A stretch of DNA of 64,000 nt from Welwitschia mirabilis (Eukaryota), in the NCBI GenBank assembly GCA_051453625.1, contig JBOZIK010000001.1:10313774-10377773 (forward strand). The letters are read 5' to 3'. The notes beneath the pieces were generated by a model. It was not told where the DNA came from. It saw only the letters and a list, made by a program, of their open reading frames with translations, and did no database searches. Below are positions 56,800-64,000 of this stretch, in pieces. A program made the translations under genes and the position numbers. How positions within the stretch are numbered: the stretch's first letter is position 1; each line of letters begins with the position of its first letter.

Positions 56800-59700
56800 T
56801 TTAAATATTTTAATTTGTAATTTTCTTTATCATATTTTTGTAAAATAACTTAAGGTCTAATCCAATTTGGAGATAATTTGGATTTATTTTTTGTTAGTTT
56901 TATTTTCAAGATAAGATCCCCAACTTCAATTTTTTGATTTTTAACATTCTTATTATAAGCTTTTGTAATTTGTTTTTGATGAATTTTTTTAAGGTTTAAA
57001 TCTTGATTTCATTTTTTATTTTGGAGTTCTAATAGTGTAAGTCTTGCTTCTTTTTCCTTTTCTAATATTTCTAGTTATTTGATGAATGTTTTTATTGTTG
57101 GACTTCTAATTTTGTAGGGGAGAATTATTTTAGAAACATATACTAATCCAAAAGGTGTCAAACTAGTTGCTATCTTAATAGTTATCCACAAAACATAATT
57201 TAGTTTTTCATGTGAATTTTTCTTATCTTTTTGAATGAGTTTTTTAAGAGGTTGATGATTATTTTATTTGTTGATTCTACTTGGCCATTTACTTATGGGT
57301 ATTGAGGTGACGAAAAGGAATGTTTAATATCAAAGTTCTACAAGAAGTCATTTAACTCAGAAGATTTGAATTATATGTTATTATCAATGGTTAAGACATA
57401 AGATATTCCAAATGATGAATTGATATGATTTCTTTAGTTGTTTTTTGAAGTGGAACTTCTTCTATCCATTTTGAGAAGTATTCTATTGTAGTAAGGATAA
57501 ATGAGTGTGATTCTAATGATGGAGGATTAACTGATCCAGTAATATCTAAACCCCATTTTCTAAACATCGAAGTTGATTTGATTGGGAATGATTCATTTGA
57601 TGGTTAATACAAAATTGATGCAAAGATTTAACAAGTGTGATAGTTTTTGACAAAATTGAAACAATCCTCATTAATTGTTTTCCAATAATAAGCTGATCGA
57701 AGAATGTATAATGTGAGAAATTTTGTCCTCCTAGTATGATCCACATAAACCAAAATGGACTACTTTGAGGGTATAACATGCTTCTCATGATTTCAAGCAT
57801 CATAATAAGACCTCATTAAATGATCTCTTAAATGATTTATTTTGGATGAGGTAGAATCTTGTAGCTTAAAGTCAAAAGTTTCTCTTTTGGGCATTTGTAA
57901 AATTTTTGAGTAGCCTTTAATCTTTCAAATATTGTATTGTGTTATCATGTTATGCCATTCATCTCTTTGGATTGCATTCTTAATGATTCTTGAAAATTTT
58001 CTTGTTGAATATTCATGATTCTTTTGGCTTGTTGATCTTACAATTAGCTTTCATTGACTTTGATCATTTTTACAAAGTTATTCATCTTGGCATCATCGAA
58101 ACAATAGTTGGTAAGGCTTGCAAGATAATTTTTGGTCGTATTTTTTTCCTTCCCGTAATGTTGATTCAATTTCACAATTTTCTTCTTGTAATAATTTCTT
58201 CTTAACTTTGTCCAAATATTGTTGGAGAATTTTGATTTATAGTCATATATCCCTATCACTGGATTACCCATTAGTTGTGAATCTCTTATAATCTTTAAGT
58301 TGTGAAGTCTAGACTGAATGAAAATGTTGAGACTCTTAATAAGATTTCATACTCTGTTGTGTTATTAGTGCATGAAAACTTGAATTTTAAGTGTCATTGG
58401 TATGCAATATTGATCATTAAAGAAGAACATGGGTCTAGTGGATCCTTATGTTAATTTTTGGCTCCATTAAAATACATATATGTGTCCCATTGTTTCTTTT
58501 CTTCTAGAAAGTAGATTTATTTATCTTGGAATTCTTCTTTATTAATTCCATTTAATTATCATGACTCTTTTGTGGAGGATCTACAATTTGGTCAACTATG
58601 CATGTCCCTTTGATTAGTTTTTATGATTGGAAGTCTAGATCGAATTCTGCTAGCAAAGATAATTATGCGGTTAACCTTGTGCTTCCAATTAAGAACTCTA
58701 ATAAACATTTTAGGTCATTTTATCACTAACTACAATGGTTTTATTCCCAATCATGTAATGTCTAAATTTTTGAGAGGCAAAGACTAAACCTAAACATGTC
58801 TTTTGAAGTTAGAATAATTCTTTTGGTATTGATGTAAAGTCCAACTAATATAATATATGGGTTTATCCTTAAGATCTCAATCTCTTTGGAAAATCATTGC
58901 ACTGATTGAATATGGAGTATGAGCCAAATAAAGATGGAAGGGTTGAGTTGATTGAAGAGGGCTTAGTCTAGGTAGTGAACTCAATTATTTTAATCTTATC
59001 TAAGGATTCTTAACATTTTTTGTCTTATCAAAATTCAGAATTTTTCTTCAAAAGATGCATAAATGGCTTACATTTGTTTGTTAATATTGTGATGGATCTC
59101 TTTACTAATTAAAAATGCCTTTGTAAATATCTCACATCTTTTAGATTTCTAGACGATGGCATGTCAATGATTTCTTTGAATTTTTTGATATCAATTTCAA
59201 TTCCTCATTTTGAGACAATGAAGCTTAGAAATTTTCCATATTATACTCTAAAGACACATTTTTTTAGATCTAGACATAAATTGTATTACCAGGTAATCTT
59301 AAATAATTATGAAAGATCTCTTGGATGTTGGCAAGCTTGATATGATTTAACAACTATGTCATGGACATAATCTTCAACTATTTTATGAATCATATTGTGA
59401 AGTATGTATGTCATTGCTCGTTGATAACTTTTAGCATTTCCAAGTCCAAAAGGCATCGTGACATGGTAGAGTAATTCCCATGGTGTGATGAAGGTTGTTT
59501 TATGTTGGTCTTCAAGATTGATAAAGATCTAGTTGTATCCAGAGTATCCATCCATGAAGGATAAGAGTTTATATCCTATAGTATCGTTGACTAGGACCTT
59601 AATGTTGGGGAACAAATAATCATCTTTCAATGTGACTTTGTTTATCTTGAAAGTCATAACATGTTCTTATACTACCATTTTTCTTTTTAACAATGTCCAT

Positions 59701-60060
59701 GTTAGATGTCCACTTTGAATAATCAACTGGACATATAAATCCTACTATTAATAATTGTTGGATATCATGTTTTACTGCTACAACGATTGTTGGATTGAGC
59801 TTTCTTACTCTTTGTTTGATTGATATTGAATTGGGTTTTAAAATGATGTTATGCACAATTATTCTCTTATCAATTCCTAGCATGTCTTATAGTACCATAT
59901 GAAAATATGTAACTCGATCTTAGTTTGATTGGGCAATGATTTATTGATTTTGAACGATGTATTTGAGTCATTATTATCTATAAGAAGTGTGTTTTGACCT
60001 CTTGACATGTTAAGGAAGATTTTTACTTGGTCATTTTTAATTCTTTATTAGGTTTCATCA
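56800..60060 (-). mobile_element. Degenerate Tat/Ogre-type Ty3/gypsy pol: RT-RH-aRH-INT
   Basis: RT: MLGIDKRIIVH, LLSFMDGYSGYN*I, KTTFITPW..MPFGLGNA, YVHDIVVKS. Archaeal-type RNase H: WDTYMYFNGA, CTNNTTEYEIL, RDSQL. INT: GLCGSY, KWGLDITG, KLSPNWIRP*. Confidence 0.9.
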
Positions 60061-60631
60061 TAGTGGGAATCTTTTATCAAAGGTAAGTAAATTTGATCCA
60101 TGGAAAGATTATCATTATGTAACAACAAAAGGCTTGTATTTAAATAACATAACAAAGACTCATTATTGAAATCGAATTTTAGGAATCCTCAAAATAAATT
60201 CTCCATAATAGGAATATCCAACGATAATGAAAAGAGATTTATTATTAGGTAAAAATGTTATGATTTTAGAATATGTATATAGAACAAATATAAATATAAG
60301 GCTTTTAAAATATTTTATTTAAGGAGGGATTTGACAATACAAGAGCTTTTCGAAAGAATACAAACTTTTAGAACTTTCTTAAACTCCATAATTTCTTCTG
60401 TTGCATTCTGGACATTCATCATTTGATTGTGCTAAGGCTCTAGAAGATAGAGCGTAGTAAGCTATGGAGCATTTAGCAATGGAGACACGGCTAAACAGAA
60501 GGTAAATAGTAAGTTACTTGCATCGCTGGCCTTTTCCATTGTTGTCTTTTCTTTTTTTCTCCATTCTTTCTCTCGCTTAGGTTTTCTTCTTTCTTCATTT
60601 GGAAAATCTTTGGTCAATTTCAGTGTGATTC

Positions 60632-62790
60632 TTGCAAAAAGTAGGGATACACCATTATATTTTTGTTGTTAGAAGGATAAAATTATTTTCAGAGAATCAG
60701 ATTTTGAGAAGTCTCCCTTTTTTTAGAATATTTTATAGATTTATAGTTTTAGCACTAGAATCAAATTTAGAAGCTTTGTTTGAACTTGAAATTTCTGTGT
60801 GTGCACAAATCAAGCCAGAGGAAGGCAAAGGAATTGTTGTTAAAATGAATATGGAAGCTGTTGATAAGACAAACAATCATGTTTCTGCATTTAAAGAGAC
60901 ATCTACAGCGGATGAAATCAGCATTTTGGGGGTGAAAACCATTTCAACTCCGGCTTATGTTAGTGGATGTTTAAAGTGATCGACCACGCATGCGTTTTGG
61001 TGGCAAAAAAGAGTTGAGGTTATTAGTATTGAACTGAAAGAACGAAGAATTTATGAAGGTGAAATTTTAGAAGAATCAAGTCGAGGAAGCCAAAAGACAT
61101 TCTACAGAGAAGACTTCGACAATTTAGGTGTAACGGAATTGCTTGATTCTAAGCTTAGGTGGAAAAATGCCCTTGAAAGCACAGGTTTGATTGATCTAGT
61201 CCTTCACCCTTATGAACGAGTATTGCACTCTCACATTATTTCCGAAATGGCTGACACTTACTTAGAAACGGATGACATCGTTAGGTTTACCTGGAATGGT
61301 CAATAGGTGAGGATTTCCATTGATAAGCTCTAGGAGGTTTTAGAATTAGGGATGGTGATTTACAAATTCAGAAGGGTGGAGAAGAAATTGTTACATTAAT
61401 AAAAAAATAAAGTCTGCATATTTTGGTTATAGATTAGGCAATTCTTGTAACTATGGAACTTTAATGAATATTTGTTGCTCGAGAATATTTGAAAATGATC
61501 GCCCAAACTCAGTTGGAGTACCATTTTGGACTTTCAAAATTCTACATGATATAAGGAAGGTTTGTTTTCCGAATGGTGGACACGGTTGTGAGGAAGAATT
61601 TGTTGTACGTTATTGAGTTCCAAGAGAAGCCACAGCTATAAGCTATATCTTCCTATACGGTTTTCATTTGAATGCTCTATTTTTGATATTTTTGAGTCGA
61701 ACCGATAGACTAAATAGCAGTATTCCAGTCAAACGTAGTGGTATTTTTCTTGGCAAAACTTGGCAATAAGGGGATTAATTTGTTTCCTATTGAGGAAAGA
61801 GAAAATCGTGATCTTAAAAGGAAATCAAAATTGCAGTGTCCCATTGACGACTCTACAATTTTTTGTCCAAAGGAAACATTGGCTACAAAATTATTATCCC
61901 TTAAAGTTCGGAATTCAAAATGAGAATCTGCAGCATGAGGATGGCTTTGATAACTTACAATCTACACTTTATAATTTAGAGTGCATTATTAAGATTGCTT
62001 GCACACATAATAAGTTAAATTATTTTGGTGCATTTTTACTTTTCTTTAACAGTTGCTGTAAGATTTTGATTACTTTCAATTTTGATTACTAGATATGAAC
62101 GTTATCACTTCAAGTTCAAAGGCCATTCCCTTAGAAGATATGAGAGGTATATTTCAATTTGCAATGTGAAGTTTTGTTTATTCTATTTATTTAGATTTGA
62201 TTATGAGGATGAACTGGGAAGCTGCAGTTTGAGATGTGAAAGCGATCTTTAAAGGAGAGAAGCCTTCTTTCTTTTTGGTAGCTGATGCAGTAGAAGAATT
62301 GGAAATGAAATGGTAAGCATGGAAGAGTCACCTATCTAATCTAATCTTAGAAGACCAGAATCTGCAAATCTGTTCTTTTTTCAAAAGTTCATTGAGTGAC
62401 CTTTTCTTTGTTCACAGGGCGACTAATGGTTTACTGCTTAGGGGTAAGACTTTAAAAAAGGATTTAATTGAGCTTAGGTCAGAATTGAAGGATTCCCATA
62501 TTAAAAACTTATTTTCAGGAGAAGAATGTGCAAAAATATGAAGCGGTCTGTGATGCTTCTGATGATAGTTCAAATTCTATAGAATTGAGAAAGGTTCCTA
62601 AATCTAATGCCTTCCTTCGAAAAGAAAATGCAATCTTGCTGAATCAAATCGAATAAAGGAATAATGAGATAAAGTGTTTTGTGTTAAAGTTGGAGTCAAA
62701 ATTGGAACTTACTGGTGATCATTCTATTAAGACGACCTCTATTGAAGTGGAGAATTTGCATTTTGGTGCCTACTTTGTGTCCATTGAAAG
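60632..62790 (+). pseudogene. Antisense extra ORF (PMD/Transposase_32-like domain plus C-terminal coiled coil) between PR and RT of the Tat/Ogre element
   Basis: One frame runs from 60632 to about 61400 with only three stops (TGA, TAG, TAG), each one C-to-T change from Arg/Gln: ..WKNALESTGLIDLV..HIISEMADTY..VRFTWNGQ*VRISIDKL*EVLEL. A later heptad-rich segment reads FLRKENAILLNQIE*RNNEIK..LKLESKLE. Confidence 0.55.
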
Positions 62791-62813
62791 GTTTCAAATA
62801 AATAAATGAGATA

Positions 62814-62842
62814 GAGAGAGAGAGAGAGAGAGAGTGAGAGAG
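62814..62842 (+). repeat. (AG)n microsatellite
   Basis: Directly visible, nearly perfect run. Confidence 0.9.
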
Positions 62843-63639
62843 ATTTAAATCTTGCACTTATTGAAAATGAAATTTTAATTTTTTTAGGTTAATTTTGATT
62901 TTTGTTGATGCTAATCTTGTTGTCTTGTGCAGAGTTGGCAGACATTTGTATGGGCATCACTGAAGGACACTTAAAATATTGTTCAAGCTTTTAGACTCTT
63001 TTCTTGCATTCTTTGATTGTTATGTTTGATGTTTCCTTTAAAGTTTTATTTACCATGACACAATGGCTGTTCAAAACATTTGAGATCCTTTTTTAAGGTT
63101 TATTTGNNNNNNNNNNNNNNNNNNNNNNNNNNNNNNNNNNNNNNNNNNNNNNNNNNNNNNNNNNNNNNNNNNNNNNNNNNNNNNNNNNNNNNNNNNNNNN
63201 NNNNNNNNNNNNNNNNNNNNNNNNNNNNNNNNNNNNNNNNNNNNNNNNNNNNNNNNNNNNNNNNNNNNNNNNNNNNNNNNNNNNNAAAATTTTTATTACC
63301 CTTTTTTGTGTGAATTTTATTAACATACATGATTTGGGATCAAGGATTATTTGTGAATTTTATATTTGGCCTTATTGGAATTTTTTTTTTGTTTTTATAA
63401 ATTTGCCCTTTCTTTGTATATTTTCAAGATTGGCAACTAATTATTGAACAGGCTTTTCTAGGTTCAATTCAACAATGGATGATCACGAATTGATCATATT
63501 TTAAAGGGATGTGAATCTTGTTCGTCAACATGAACTTGTAGTAATGGGATTAGGGATTGTTTGCATTTATCTTTTGTTGATGCACCTTTATCATGGTTGT
63601 CATTCATTTTAATCGTTGTTGGAATAGTTATACTTCTTT

Positions 63640-63900
63640 CGAATTGAACTCTTCTTTAGAATTATTGCTAGAGCTTATTGTTTGATTGGACAAGGAAATC
63701 ATGGCTTTTGAATCATAAATCCAAGGTCTTTTCAATAGTAAATTAAATGATGAGGATGATTCCACAACATGAAATTGAGAATTCATGTCGTTCTTTCTAT
63801 TTTCATTTCTAAACATATAGTTCCTATGGAAGATTTTTTTTTTTTTTTTGGTCATCAAATCTACTAATTGTAATAGCATTGCTCAAGTTCATTTGATCTT
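63640..63900 (-). mobile_element. Tat/Ogre-type aspartic protease remnant
   Basis: FHVVESSSSFNLLLKRPWIYDSKAMISLSNQ matches the Tat/Ogre consensus FxVxDxxxSYNxLLGRPWIHxxxAVxSxxHQ. Confidence 0.8.
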
Positions 63901-64000
63901 GTTGGAGGCAGTCTAAAGTAACAAAATTTAATTTAGGCCCATAAGCAATGAATGATCTCTTAATTTTATTTTCACCAGTGTTGAGTATGATATAAAGAGG

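Overview
AT-rich eukaryotic (land-plant, probably seed-plant or gymnosperm) genomic DNA with many assembly gaps. There are only two host genes. One is the 5' end of a VAMP72-family R-SNARE (minus strand, first coding exon 1191-1002; the rest lies left of the window). The other is a complete five-exon AMMECR1-domain gene (plus strand, 48045-49755, 205 aa). The remainder is nested, heavily C-to-T decayed retroelements: a Ty1/copia pol remnant, an Athila-type LTR element inserted into a repeat flanking it, a Tekay chromovirus, three or four L1 LINE remnants, an Athila gag remnant, a tRNA-Met-primed element of uncertain class and a Tat/Ogre-type element with archaeal-type RNase H. Two architectures stand out. 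First, an L1 LINE ORF2 runs in frame from its zf-RVT region into a plant-mobile-domain/Transposase_32-like domain, where an RNase H or stop would usually follow. Second, an antisense, apparently intron-containing PMD-like plus coiled-coil gene sits between the protease and RT of the Tat/Ogre element. All domain calls come from manual translation and motif recognition; no searches were run, and element boundaries are approximate.
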